NCBI GenBank assembly: GCA_937922785.1
Contig: CALAJQ010000018.1
Coordinates: forward strand, 121,855-185,854
Reading direction: 5' to 3'
DNA from: an uncultured Acidimicrobiales bacterium
GTDB lineage: Bacteria; Actinomycetota; Acidimicrobiia; Acidimicrobiales; SZUA-35
DNA length: 64,000 nucleotides
Shown here: positions 18,508 to 28,609 of the stretch, one piece after another
How the letters are laid out: each line of letters begins with the position of its first letter
Numbering within the stretch: the first letter of the stretch is position 1
Notes under the pieces: generated by a model
Databases searched by the model: none
Told to the model about the DNA's origin: nothing
What the model saw: only the letters and a program-made list of their open reading frames with translations
Program-made: the position numbers and the translations under genes

Positions 18508-19662
18508 ATGGCGAAGACAACAGACAACAGGCCTCTGCAAGCACTGGACTTCGTAGTCCCAACCGAAGATGAACTAGTCGCCGAACTGAAAACCATCCGC
18601 AGAGAAGGGATCGCAAGGATCAGCCAGATCCGGACGCCGTCCCTGGAGACGGCTGTCCGCTGCGCAGGTCACGCCGACGCCGTTGAACCGGTGAGTGCTT
18701 ACATGATTGAGGGTCTGATTAGAGAGGCGGTAGTTGAGGTTGACGGGCCTGATCAAGACATCGTCGGCGTTGTCCTCGGACTGGCCCCAGGTCGCCGCGG
18801 CGACAAGCCATCAGACCTGCGCCGCTCAGCTGCTGAAATCGTCGGCACCGGAGTCGAGCACTTCCGTAAATCCAAAGAACCAGACCTGCTGATCCGGGTA
18901 GTCCAACAAATTCTCTCAATCATCCACGCCTACCGGATGCGCCTGGCCCGACTGAAGATGGACAAAAGAACACCAGTGGGATCACGGCTAGCGGTTGAGT
19001 GGCTCAAGAGGTTCGAGGCCTACTACCGAATCTGGTCACCCATCTCGGGTCTAGGCAACGACCTGACAGCCGCCCGGCTAACGATGCTCAAGGAATACAC
19101 CGAGGAGGAGTTGTACGTCGAGCCAGATGGAATCCATGATCTTCCAGACGGGCAAAACTGGGATGCAGACAACTACGTTCGCTGGGCTTGGAGTCACTAC
19201 TGCCGGATGCTCCACTACGAGCGCCTATTCGATATTGAGTTCGGCGGGCTTTGGTTGCTCCCGGATGCGCAGGCCGAAACCAACCTGGCTGACGCAATCC
19301 ATCAGCTGAGACTTCACGTTCCACAAGACGAGCAATCTGACTCCCTTGTTAGATCCACAATGGCCGAGATCCCGGGCCAAGAAATTCACCAATTCCTCAA
19401 ACACGTACCCCCCGACGATTACCTCATGGGTATTCATGAGGACTGGCAAGACTTCGCCCGGTCGTGCGAGTGCACATGGGACTCGGAAAAGAAGATTGGT
19501 AGGTCCCACTTCCCGATAGCTCCCAACTATCCAGGAATTGACGCCGGCTGCCCCGTCCACAAACTTCTAAGCCTCTGCAACGACTACCTACTGATCGTCG
19601 ATGACGCCTGGGACGAGATAGCGGATTGGTACGATGAAGCACCGTTTCCTCAACGCGCCTAG
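18508..19662 (+). CDS. Hypothetical protein, possible N-terminal HTH-like domain
   Basis: 384-aa ORF divergent from the small-gene operon; LRRSAAEIVG.GVEHFRK segment. Confidence 0.75.
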   Translation: MAKTTDNRPLQALDFVVPTEDELVAELKTIRREGIARISQIRTPSLETAVRCAGHADAVEPVSAYMIEGLIREAVVEVDGPDQDIVGVVLGLAPGRRGDKPSDLRRSAAEIVGTGVEHFRKSKEPDLLIRVVQQILSIIHAYRMRLARLKMDKRTPVGSRLAVEWLKRFEAYYRIWSPISGLGNDLTAARLTMLKEYTEEELYVEPDGIHDLPDGQNWDADNYVRWAWSHYCRMLHYERLFDIEFGGLWLLPDAQAETNLADAIHQLRLHVPQDEQSDSLVRSTMAEIPGQEIHQFLKHVPPDDYLMGIHEDWQDFARSCECTWDSEKKIGRSHFPIAPNYPGIDAGCPVHKLLSLCNDYLLIVDDAWDEIADWYDEAPFPQRA

Positions 19663-20028
19663 ATGGGTATTGGCATCTTGCGAGTGCATAGATGACATTC
19701 CGCTAACTTGGCCCGAGTCGCCTGAAGAAGTCGCGCTTTGACCGCGCAATCTGTCGATATCCTGAGGTCGATCAATTGATCAATTTGAGCTTGTGCAGAC
19801 GGCCTGGGCTTTAGATTTTTCGTTAGGGTCCACGAGCGGTCAAGTTACAACTTGTTTAATGGTGATTGTAGATCGAGCTCTGGCCCGATAAGGTCCCGAG
19901 GTCGGCAGCGCTTAGTATCGTCACCGAATGTCCGACAGTAAACGTAGCCAATGGGGAAACCACCCAAAGTAGTTAGTTCTTCACTTTGGGTGACTAAGCT
20001 GGTATAATGCCTGCTGAGAGAGGTAATA

Positions 20029-20310
20029 ATGAGCAGTGAAGGTTTAGAAAATAAGTCAGACCAGTCGAGACGAGAGTCCATGTTGGACGTCTCTCTAAAA
20101 GAGATGGTTGCTTCGATCTCCCACACTGCGGAACCTCCTGCTTCAGTCAAGAGCGCTGATCTAGATTTCATTCCAGGCACCACTCCTAGCGCTGAAAAGG
20201 CTAGAGCATGGAACAGATTGCTTGATAGACGATTCGAGGATGTTCTGAGCCTCAACGGGTTAGTGACTACTACTCAAAGTCATCGGCGTTCTAAACGCGC
20301 TCGGTACTAA
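20029..20310 (+). CDS. Small hypothetical protein
   Basis: GAGAGGT RBS before ATG; directly upstream of the peptidase. Confidence 0.55.
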   Translation: MSSEGLENKSDQSRRESMLDVSLKEMVASISHTAEPPASVKSADLDFIPGTTPSAEKARAWNRLLDRRFEDVLSLNGLVTTTQSHRRSKRARY

Positions 20311-20351
20311 CCGCACCCTGCTCATCGTTAATCTCATGGGGGTTAAGAGAC

Positions 20352-22124
20352 ATGCCTTTTGACGCGGCAGACAAGCCGTTCTATCACATCAAGGCCCAGA
20401 CTGACTGGGAAGATGACCTGGTCGAATGTTATGACCTAACTGAGCATGATGAGTGGACAAGGCTTCAGGATTACTATCTCGTCGGTACTCATGGGACTAG
20501 TATGGATCGGCAGCTTCCGTGGCGGCGGTGTCTAGCTGTCCTTCGGGTCAACGACGCCAAGACTGCAATCGTTGAGAAGCGATACGTGGACCGTGACTTT
20601 CGGAGTGAATACTCGGCGCTATATTCCCAGATCCTAGCTCCGGTCGCAGATACGACCCATCGAATTCACTTCTTTCGAAGTGCGCACAAAGGATTTGATC
20701 TGCAGGCAGCGATCCTTGAGAGGTCGGTTCACGAACAACTGAGCGACAACTACTTGGGCTACATAATCTGCAGGCCATCACCGTTAGAAATAGTCGGACG
20801 AACTCTGATTCTGCCACCTCCTCGGCTCTCAGTAAGAACTCCGGTCCGAGAAGAGGTCAATTTTTTCGGTATCAGCCTTGTCGCCGAAGGCGTGCCCTTC
20901 ATGCAACAGGACTCTCGCCTGGGCGTGTGCGCGCACGTGGCGGCATGGATACTGCTCTATAGCGCATATCGCTGTGGTGATACCGGGAAGTTGACTATTG
21001 CTGACGTAGTCAGAATGAGCACGGGCGTACTTGATGGCCGGTTAGGGCTCCAAGACGACGACGTCATCCGAACATTGCAGACGGCTGGCCTAAGACCACA
21101 GATGTATCAAAGGGAAGATGACCTACCTCAACAGCGAGGCTATCCATGGTCGCCGCCCCCTTCGGTTGAGGCCAGCCAGGAACGGATTAACGCCGACTTC
21201 AAGAAGAGATTCGCTGAGAACATAATCCCGTGTCTTAATTCTGGAATCCCTGCCTATGTCGCAGCCGCTTACCATGCTTTCGTGGTGTGCGGTTACACGG
21301 CCCGTTCTCATGACCACTCACTTGTTGGGAACGTCGTATACACCGTCCACGATGACCAGGTTGGTCCGTACATTCAAGTCAAATCGCCAGTTGAAGACTA
21401 CCGCTTTGACCGGCTAGCCCAAATTCCTGCGCTGAGCCTCACCAAGCAAGATTGCGTAGACGCGCTCTCCCCTGATCTTTCTGCAGAGGTGGATCGTAAA
21501 ACCAGAAGATATGCAGAGCGGTATCCAGAGGTAGAAGATGTAGACGATACCCGGCTAAAGTCGGATCTAAGAGACTGGGAAACGGTGATTCTGCCTTTGC
21601 CAAAGAACGTCCATCTAAGTTTCGATGCCGCAGAGCGATATGCACTGGCTCGATTTGATGAGTTCGTCGGCAAGCTCGAACTTGCCAAGTTGGCCGACTT
21701 AGAAATTGCTCCAGGCGTAATGATTAACCTCAGTCTGGAGCTGGGCAAGGAAACTCTTTCCGTGAGGACGTATGTTGCTGATTCGAAGTGGTACAAGCAG
21801 TCTCTGTCAATAAGGGGCATCCACGCTGCCGTCGCAGTTGAATATCGTAGGGCGCGCCTGGCTGCCAACGTTCACGTCGTCGAGCTGTTGTACAGGCCGT
21901 CAGGTATCGCTCAGACATCAGTCGTCATTGGCGAGGTTGTGCTGGACTCTACTTCCGGTGACAAGCATCCGTGGGAGCACTGCTTCAGGCTGGGACACCG
22001 GCTCGCAGTTACCAATAGCAATGGTACGCGCCGAACCGGATCGTTCCCCTTCAGCCCAGCAGTAAGCGGATTCCCGGGTTCCCGGCATATGACCGGCAGG
22101 TCCACTTCTGGTCAGAGCCGCTAA
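20352..22124 (+). CDS. Papain-like (C39-related) cysteine peptidase domain protein
   Basis: QQD...GVCAH (oxyanion Gln + Cys), HAFVVCGY (His), VHDDQVGPY (Asp). Confidence 0.7.
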   Translation: MPFDAADKPFYHIKAQTDWEDDLVECYDLTEHDEWTRLQDYYLVGTHGTSMDRQLPWRRCLAVLRVNDAKTAIVEKRYVDRDFRSEYSALYSQILAPVADTTHRIHFFRSAHKGFDLQAAILERSVHEQLSDNYLGYIICRPSPLEIVGRTLILPPPRLSVRTPVREEVNFFGISLVAEGVPFMQQDSRLGVCAHVAAWILLYSAYRCGDTGKLTIADVVRMSTGVLDGRLGLQDDDVIRTLQTAGLRPQMYQREDDLPQQRGYPWSPPPSVEASQERINADFKKRFAENIIPCLNSGIPAYVAAAYHAFVVCGYTARSHDHSLVGNVVYTVHDDQVGPYIQVKSPVEDYRFDRLAQIPALSLTKQDCVDALSPDLSAEVDRKTRRYAERYPEVEDVDDTRLKSDLRDWETVILPLPKNVHLSFDAAERYALARFDEFVGKLELAKLADLEIAPGVMINLSLELGKETLSVRTYVADSKWYKQSLSIRGIHAAVAVEYRRARLAANVHVVELLYRPSGIAQTSVVIGEVVLDSTSGDKHPWEHCFRLGHRLAVTNSNGTRRTGSFPFSPAVSGFPGSRHMTGRSTSGQSR

Positions 22125-22597
22125 TTTACTAACTCCACTGCTGCCGCAGCGATAGCAGCCACCATTAGGACTTGTGACACCAAGGAAACAGATACCAACA
22201 CGCTCCTTGTTTGATTTCCAGCGTCTACTATCGAGTATTGATGTGCAAGCGCGTAGCGATACTCGGCCTCAGTTACAGCTTGTTCTGAAGCGTCGTTAAT
22301 CGCGGAAAAGGTCATTAGATCAGTCCCAGAGATTCTGTGAACTTTTGCTGGGAAAGATGCCACAGTTGCAGTCACTAACGAAACCAGTCCGAACAGGCTG
22401 GCCCAAATCAGAGCGCAGTTCGCAAGACCCGCCACAGGCGACTCAGTCTGGGATCGGGCGTACACCACAGCTGCAAAGACGAGTGATGCAGCAGATGCAA
22501 GCGTGCGCAGCAGCAACGAGCTGCGGGTAAGTAACGTTTTGCTGTCTTCGAGAGCTTGCTCTAACTGTTTCTCGACGTAGTGAGTTGACGGCTTCAT
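22121..22597 (-). CDS. Small 3-TM membrane protein
   Basis: Three hydrophobic segments. Confidence 0.65.
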   Translation of the reverse strand: MKPSTHYVEKQLEQALEDSKTLLTRSSLLLRTLASAASLVFAAVVYARSQTESPVAGLANCALIWASLFGLVSLVTATVASFPAKVHRISGTDLMTFSAINDASEQAVTEAEYRYALAHQYSIVDAGNQTRSVLVSVSLVSQVLMVAAIAAAAVELVN

Positions 22598-23196
22598 TCA
22601 TCCCCCCCTGCGGCGCTTCTTTTGGCGCTTAGCGAGGCGGTCTGGAGGGCTATCCTCATCCACTTCTTTCTTGGTTGCCAGAACTTGTGGTAGTTCATGC
22701 TTGTCAGATTCAGCTCTATCTAGAGGTTCATTTGCCAAAAGTACTCCTCCCCGGCAGACAAGGTTACATCGAGTCAGGGCGACTCGCTGGCTTGGCTGGG
22801 GACGCTCGCCATCGAGCCAGAAGAACTGTGCGAAGCAAACGTTCTCGAACTCTAAAGAAGGTGCCCCTGGTAAGACCGAACTCCCTCGATAGGTCATCCC
22901 GTCGAATCAAGTTCTTGGTGAAATCTGAGGTTGGTTCGGCACCGCTAATGATTCAACGACCGCCTGATTGCTTCAGCGATTCTGACGGCCTTCCCAAAAT
23001 CGAATGTCGCCAGTTCAGCTTGAGCAGCCGCAACCTCGCTGGCTTCGCGTTCGATCCGAGCCTTTTGGGATACCTTGAGGGTTGTGGACATCGGAGTTCC
23101 TCAGTCGGTGTGAATTGGCTCATGTCGAGCCCCGAATCTCGAAAGAGGTTGACTTGACCTTGCTGCTAGGCGAAGCTTGTCGGGTTACCCAGGCAG

Positions 23197-23222
23197 AGAC
23201 CCCGGCTGGCGACCGGGGTCTT
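23197..23222. terminator. Stem-loop
   Basis: AGACCCCGG-CTGGCGA-CCGGGGTCT followed by TCTT. Confidence 0.5.
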
Positions 23223-23492
23223 CTTGGTTCTTGCGTGCAAGGGAATGCAAGGTCCACCGCTGGTCCAGCCAATGACTGATAGCTCCGTGATTCAGTAGCG
23301 TACTTATGGCGCCTGGCGGGCACGATCAGCGTATTGCTTCAAGTCCTGGCCTTACTGACCCTTTATGTCGCAAGAAAGGAAGGTGAGCCCGAATGGGAGG
23401 CGACGGATAAGTAAGTCAGGGTCAGGTGATTCGTGTTGCGGCGCTAACGACTAGCCGGGTGACCTGATCAGTACTGGCCCAGATGATGAGTT

Positions 23493-23518
23493 GAACGGGC
23501 CGCTTCGGTGGCCCGTTC
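23493..23518 (+). terminator. Stem-loop upstream of the 23564 gene
   Basis: GAACGGGCCGC-TTCG-GTGGCCCGTTC. Confidence 0.55.
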
Positions 23519-23563
23519 TCTCTATGTCCAAAAGGCCGGCAATGGTACAATGGGATTCAGTAA

Positions 23564-24664
23564 ATGAACGATCTGCTATCCCGGTTGCGGCGCTTCAAGT
23601 TGATCCTGACCAGTCTCATTCTGACAGTCAGCGGGATTGCTCTTATCGCATACCAACGCCGGTTAGACGGCCAAATCGACACTAATGGAGTAGTCCACTC
23701 GGTTCCTTGGAGCGAGCTCGGAGGCATCCTCTTCGGTGCAGGGCTACTCAACATCTGGGTGGATAGTTTCTTCCGCCGGGAGCATGAAGCTATGAACGAC
23801 CAGCGCATGCGCCAGATGTTTGCAGACCAGGCACCGCTGATGCGGGACGCAGTCCTCCGTGCCTTCGCCGCTAACACCGAAGACCTTGCCCGAGTGGCGA
23901 CACCTGAGACTCTTGACCAGGTGGTGACCAACAGCTTGGCCCTGCGATTCGGGGATCGGCAGTTTGCGGAGGAGATATTTAGGGACATTCATGACCAGGC
24001 CATCGAGGCTCGGGAACGTTGGCACGACGCCAGCATCGACATCACCGTCTCGCCAATGGAGGGGAAGCATGCCGACGACTACTTCGCTGTCACGGTCCGC
24101 TGGGAATACACAACGATCCCTAGCTACGCTCAGCGGCAATTCGTTTGTCTCTCAGACCGCAGGCAGTACGCCGAGCTAACTCACGTCCAAAGTGAAACCT
24201 CGGCCTGGTTTCTGAAGCCGAATGACGCCTTTGATGCCAGTCAACGAGAAGCCTTTGAGCTACTCAAGTTCTCCGTGCACGGAGAAGAACGGAAGATTCG
24301 CCGTTCTTCCCGCAAGGGTTTTCAGTCTTATACAGCCGAGGTTGGTAGCGACGTAATAGATGCCGGTAAGCCTGTCGGCATTGCCTACACCTACCGAACA
24401 GTCACCAAGCGTTCTGGCCATCTTCTCTTCTTCGATATCGAGGCACCGACTAGAGACTTGAAAGTCAGCTTCGACCACACCTCCGCTGACCTTGCTCACG
24501 TCAGTGTGATTGACATGGTGCCCTCAGTTCGTAGAACTCGAATTGAACAGCCCGCCAAAGGCGCCAACGACAAGACGCTCCGCGCCGAGGTCGACGGATG
24601 GATCTTTCCAAGATCTGGGATCGCGTTTGTGTGGACAGTCCGCTTCAGCCGGAGTGAACACTAA
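23564..24664 (+). CDS. Hypothetical protein, 2 N-terminal TM + beta-rich C-terminal domain
   Basis: 366-aa ORF with two hydrophobic helices. Confidence 0.8.
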   Translation: MNDLLSRLRRFKLILTSLILTVSGIALIAYQRRLDGQIDTNGVVHSVPWSELGGILFGAGLLNIWVDSFFRREHEAMNDQRMRQMFADQAPLMRDAVLRAFAANTEDLARVATPETLDQVVTNSLALRFGDRQFAEEIFRDIHDQAIEARERWHDASIDITVSPMEGKHADDYFAVTVRWEYTTIPSYAQRQFVCLSDRRQYAELTHVQSETSAWFLKPNDAFDASQREAFELLKFSVHGEERKIRRSSRKGFQSYTAEVGSDVIDAGKPVGIAYTYRTVTKRSGHLLFFDIEAPTRDLKVSFDHTSADLAHVSVIDMVPSVRRTRIEQPAKGANDKTLRAEVDGWIFPRSGIAFVWTVRFSRSEH

Positions 24665-25178
24665 TGGCTGAACCAGAGTCAGAGCCAAACCTCTATAGAT
24701 GCTAATCGAATATGTGGTGGTGCACTCGGATTAACTCAAATCTTGCGAATCAGCCACGTGCCTTGAGATCATTGTGGTTGTCCCATTACAGTTGACGGCT
24801 AGCGTTCGAACGGTCAACGCCACGATTTTCTTCTCAGGCTGAAGCTGGCTCCTTGTGGTGTTTCTGAGCAGGAGCGACAAATCAGTACTCTCGGAGCGCC
24901 GGGTTCATCGGCAGATTCATGCTTGATCGATGGAGCAGTCGGCAATGCCGGTAGACAAGACGCCGACCGGAGTGGCTCGCATGCATGGGTGCTTTGTGAT
25001 AGCCGAGTGGCCTTATTCAGCGGATATCGACCTATCCGCAAACACTCATCCGTCGCTTGATGCGACCGCGCTTGCCAAGATTGCTCTAACCATGGATTCG
25101 CACTGGCTGGTGAGAGTGGTTCAACGCGAAAGGCGAATTTGTTTGCTGTTACCGATCGAATCAGCTAGATTCCAAAAC

Positions 25179-26411
25179 ATGCGAACACAACCACATAGAT
25201 TGAGGCGCCCTTCCGACATTCTTTTGGTAGCATTCCTTTTGGTAATCTCCTCTACGAGTATGATTGCGAGCCCTGCCGGCGCCTTCGACCAGTACGCGGA
25301 ATTCTGTGGAAACGACACGACACGCACTCCGACTTTCGAAGGACCTGAGTGGGGCTGGACTTGGGCACCAGCGGGCGGCCCTTCTGGGTTCACGTTAGCC
25401 GATCCCTTTTATTGGGGATGGCTGCAATGGGTGAATGAGGCCAGAGGATGGGATGGCCAGCTGATCTTTAATAATGGCGACGGTTTTGAGATGGATTACG
25501 TAAACTCCGCACAACTCAACGGCGCAGGCGCGGTGGCCGTCTGTAGCTGGTCCAACCCGTTGGCGTTGGTTGTAGGCGGACCCAAGATCGCCGTCAACGC
25601 TGCAAACACGGTCAACCACCTAACCCAATCACAGGCCAGCTTGCAAGGTTTTTCGGCGCATGAATGGGGCCACACCTTCGGACTAGGCCATTCAGGGGAC
25701 GGAGATAGCTTCGGGGGAGGACCTCCTACCATGATGACCTGCAACACCGCTCTCGCAAATCAACGGATCAATCTGTCTCAAGACGATCATGCCGCTGCGG
25801 CTTATCTTGATGAGCTAGAGGGCGGGTTCCACTCCGTGACCGCTAACAGCTCGTTTGAGCAGGGCGCATATGCATGGGGCACGTCTGGCGCCAGTCTGAG
25901 CTTCATTAATGGAGGGGCAAACGGATCACCAAAAGCTGGTGTTATCTCCTCTGGCAACGGTAACGGCATGCTTCAAAATGTCACCAGAGTGACAAACCAA
26001 GGAGCCCCGTTCGGCAACAACAGTCTGAACAACGACACTCTGAACGTGAAGATTCATTACAAGGACAGCTCGCCGTCAAACTCGGGCTACGTCAGAGTGG
26101 AGGCCTGGGTTAGGCCGGTTATCTACGCCGATGGCACAGATCTAAACTGCAACTTTTACGGCGACAACAAGAACGCCACGCAACACATTGGAAACTGGGT
26201 AGGAACAGCCCTGTTGTGTTATCCCAGCTCAACATGGGGACTGTGCACGACCTCTACGCTTATCGCTCCTAACCCAGGCGGATACGGAGGATTGGATGAT
26301 CCTGATGCGGCCGATGTGCTCAATCGAGTCTACAACCGAACAACAAGCTCATCGTCTGGGAGTGCAACAGCTGTCATTGTCGACCGTTTCCGAGCAAGGT
26401 GGAATTTCTAA
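25179..26411 (+). CDS. Secreted metzincin (matrixin-like) zinc protease with C-terminal CBM-like domain
   Basis: Signal peptide ending PAGA, HEWGHTFGLGH, Met-turn TMM, NSSFE..W domain start. Confidence 0.8.
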   Translation: MRTQPHRLRRPSDILLVAFLLVISSTSMIASPAGAFDQYAEFCGNDTTRTPTFEGPEWGWTWAPAGGPSGFTLADPFYWGWLQWVNEARGWDGQLIFNNGDGFEMDYVNSAQLNGAGAVAVCSWSNPLALVVGGPKIAVNAANTVNHLTQSQASLQGFSAHEWGHTFGLGHSGDGDSFGGGPPTMMTCNTALANQRINLSQDDHAAAAYLDELEGGFHSVTANSSFEQGAYAWGTSGASLSFINGGANGSPKAGVISSGNGNGMLQNVTRVTNQGAPFGNNSLNNDTLNVKIHYKDSSPSNSGYVRVEAWVRPVIYADGTDLNCNFYGDNKNATQHIGNWVGTALLCYPSSTWGLCTTSTLIAPNPGGYGGLDDPDAADVLNRVYNRTTSSSSGSATAVIVDRFRARWNF

Positions 26412-27553
26412 TGTTGAACAACATCAAAGCGTCTAGGTCCCCGTCGGTTTCCGTCTTGACTGCATTCGTTGTGATAGTCGGCGTTGCAGTCATGTGGTTG
26501 CAAAGTGCGAGCAGCAGTCCGGCTATGCCCAATCAGAATGAACTCATCCCTGGAGCTGACTACGATCCGCTTGTGTTCCTTGCTGGCGTTAACGATTCGT
26601 TCGCGTACGTTGAGGGAGTTGTGACATCGTTAGAGGGAGCCAAGATGCTCATCGATGACGACGGACACACGCAGTTTGATTCGGAACAGGGCTTGCCTCA
26701 GGTTGTGGTTAGGGTCAAGACCGTTGTGGACACGGACCGTCAAGGGGACCACTTTTTAGAGGAATTCGAGTCACTCATCGCCACAGTGTCGCAGGGTAGC
26801 GACGTCTCAATGGTTCACTCGAACGGGTTCTTTGAGGTGGGTCGTGAATACGGATTCCTCGTAGGGTCAGTTGGTTCGAAAGCATACGGAGTCGTTTATG
26901 CCCACGACCTAGCCGCTGACAGACCAGCAGCAGGTTTCGCCGCCGCTCAGTCGGGTGAAGTGTATGATCGTCTAGTCGCCGACGCGAAAGGTGCGAAAGG
27001 TGATATGACCGATAAGGCGAGCACGCCTGGCGCATCCCTGTTGGTTCAGCTCGCAACCGATATCAATCGTCTCGAGGCTGGGATTCAACCTTCGGACGTC
27101 TACGAGGCAACGCTTGGTTTCGAGCCTGAGTCAGCCGAACCGCCCGTCTATGATGCGAATAGCGGACTGTACCCAGTCCACCCAGACGACGTGGCTCCGG
27201 GTGAAGAGCTCGCAAGCCTAGAGGTCATAATCCTCGACGTTGCACCAGGCACAGAAATCGATATTCAAGGGAAAGACCGAAGGCTCGGAACTTTCGTTGC
27301 AAACGAGCTCAACTACGCCATTCTGTCTGGTTTCGTCGAACCAAGCGACTCCTTAGAAATATTTGACCGGAAGAACCGCGGGTCGTTAGGGGCACTCGAA
27401 TTGAGAAAAGTCAACGCCGACGCATCGAATGAAATCTACGTTGTCTTGTCTGCCAAAGACCCGAGCCAGTTTAGGGTCACTAGCGATCTCAAGACATTCA
27501 ACATCTGGATCGAGGAATTGAAACCCGTCCTTGATGGCTCAGTTTCGGAGTGA
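26411..27553 (+). CDS. Membrane-anchored acidic hypothetical protein
   Basis: TAATG coupling to the protease gene; N-terminal TM. Confidence 0.75.
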   Translation: MLNNIKASRSPSVSVLTAFVVIVGVAVMWLQSASSSPAMPNQNELIPGADYDPLVFLAGVNDSFAYVEGVVTSLEGAKMLIDDDGHTQFDSEQGLPQVVVRVKTVVDTDRQGDHFLEEFESLIATVSQGSDVSMVHSNGFFEVGREYGFLVGSVGSKAYGVVYAHDLAADRPAAGFAAAQSGEVYDRLVADAKGAKGDMTDKASTPGASLLVQLATDINRLEAGIQPSDVYEATLGFEPESAEPPVYDANSGLYPVHPDDVAPGEELASLEVIILDVAPGTEIDIQGKDRRLGTFVANELNYAILSGFVEPSDSLEIFDRKNRGSLGALELRKVNADASNEIYVVLSAKDPSQFRVTSDLKTFNIWIEELKPVLDGSVSE

Positions 27554-28011
27554 TATCGCGACGCCTGGTCTCGCTCGTTTCGCTGCTCGTCTTCGGGCTG
27601 CTTGCTACCGCTTGTCCGGAGGAGGGTCCTGGTGACCCCGTAACTGCAATAGCTGATTGCGGCAACGTTGAGGTGGCTGATGAACTCGAGACTCTGTTGA
27701 GCGTGCTGGTTGAAGAACATAGGATCGATAGTCCCGACTACCGCTTTGGTGAAGTCTTATGTGCCCCACCCTCATCGTCGTTCTCGATCGAGTTGGTCCA
27801 GTTCGCTCTCGTGCCGTTGGACGACACCACACTGGTTGATGCTGTCAACGATCTCAAAGGTTTGGACTCCTTGAAGCTAACGCTGGAGACAACAGCGTGC
27901 AACGATACCTGGGGTTTCTTCGCCGCGGCCGATAGCCGTGGCCTGGACATCGGCCCGGTAGCCAAAGCCATTGAGGCGAGCGACAAACTAGAGATGGCGA
28001 TTGGTTGCTAA
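27550..28011 (+). CDS. Putative lipoprotein
   Basis: LLATAC lipobox; GTGA overlap. Confidence 0.7.
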   Translation: MISRRLVSLVSLLVFGLLATACPEEGPGDPVTAIADCGNVEVADELETLLSVLVEEHRIDSPDYRFGEVLCAPPSSSFSIELVQFALVPLDDTTLVDAVNDLKGLDSLKLTLETTACNDTWGFFAAADSRGLDIGPVAKAIEASDKLEMAIGC

Positions 28012-28147
28012 ATCAGCTCAGGTTTCTGGCGAATAACCCCTGCCGAAAGGGTTCGACGCCCCGTACTGTCAAATGCTTCACTCGTTAGTACGAATCGAGC
28101 TAACGCTAACTCTTAAACCGTCGGGATCGTTGACCGGGTAAAGACGA

Positions 28148-28609
28148 TTAGAACGTCCAACCTTCGGCTTCGATTAGGTCGGGCAAAGCCATGCATTCTA
28201 CGGATTCGGCAGCACAGATGTTTGGAATCTTGCCACCACCACGGTTGTTTTCGTATGTGACGACCTTCAGTCCTTTCCACTGCGCGAGGGCGATAACGAA
28301 GCCGTCTGCGTGCTGGCGTCCCAAGCGCTCTTTGGCTAGGTGTGGGTGCCTTTTGGCCAGTGCTTGGGTCAGAAGGATCTGTTCTTCTTCAAGCGCGACA
28401 ATATGTGGCTTTAGACCCTTGAGCCATTGCGCGACTTCGTCGTCTTTTTTGAGGACTTCTCTGTGGACTTCTTCACTTATCAGAGCTTTGCCATCTCTTA
28501 CCAGGTCTTCAAGGTTGATCCAGAATTTTGGAAAGCTCTTGGGGCGATACGCCGTGTTCCAGGCTGTGAGGATGCTGTTTGTATCGATTGAATATTCTGC
28601 CGAGATCAT
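28148..28609 (-). CDS. DUF4411 family PIN-like protein
   Basis: YSIDTNS, Y...FP.FW..L, ADGFVIALA, VVTYE, KIPNIC motifs. Confidence 0.85.
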   Translation of the reverse strand: MISAEYSIDTNSILTAWNTAYRPKSFPKFWINLEDLVRDGKALISEEVHREVLKKDDEVAQWLKGLKPHIVALEEEQILLTQALAKRHPHLAKERLGRQHADGFVIALAQWKGLKVVTYENNRGGGKIPNICAAESVECMALPDLIEAEGWTF

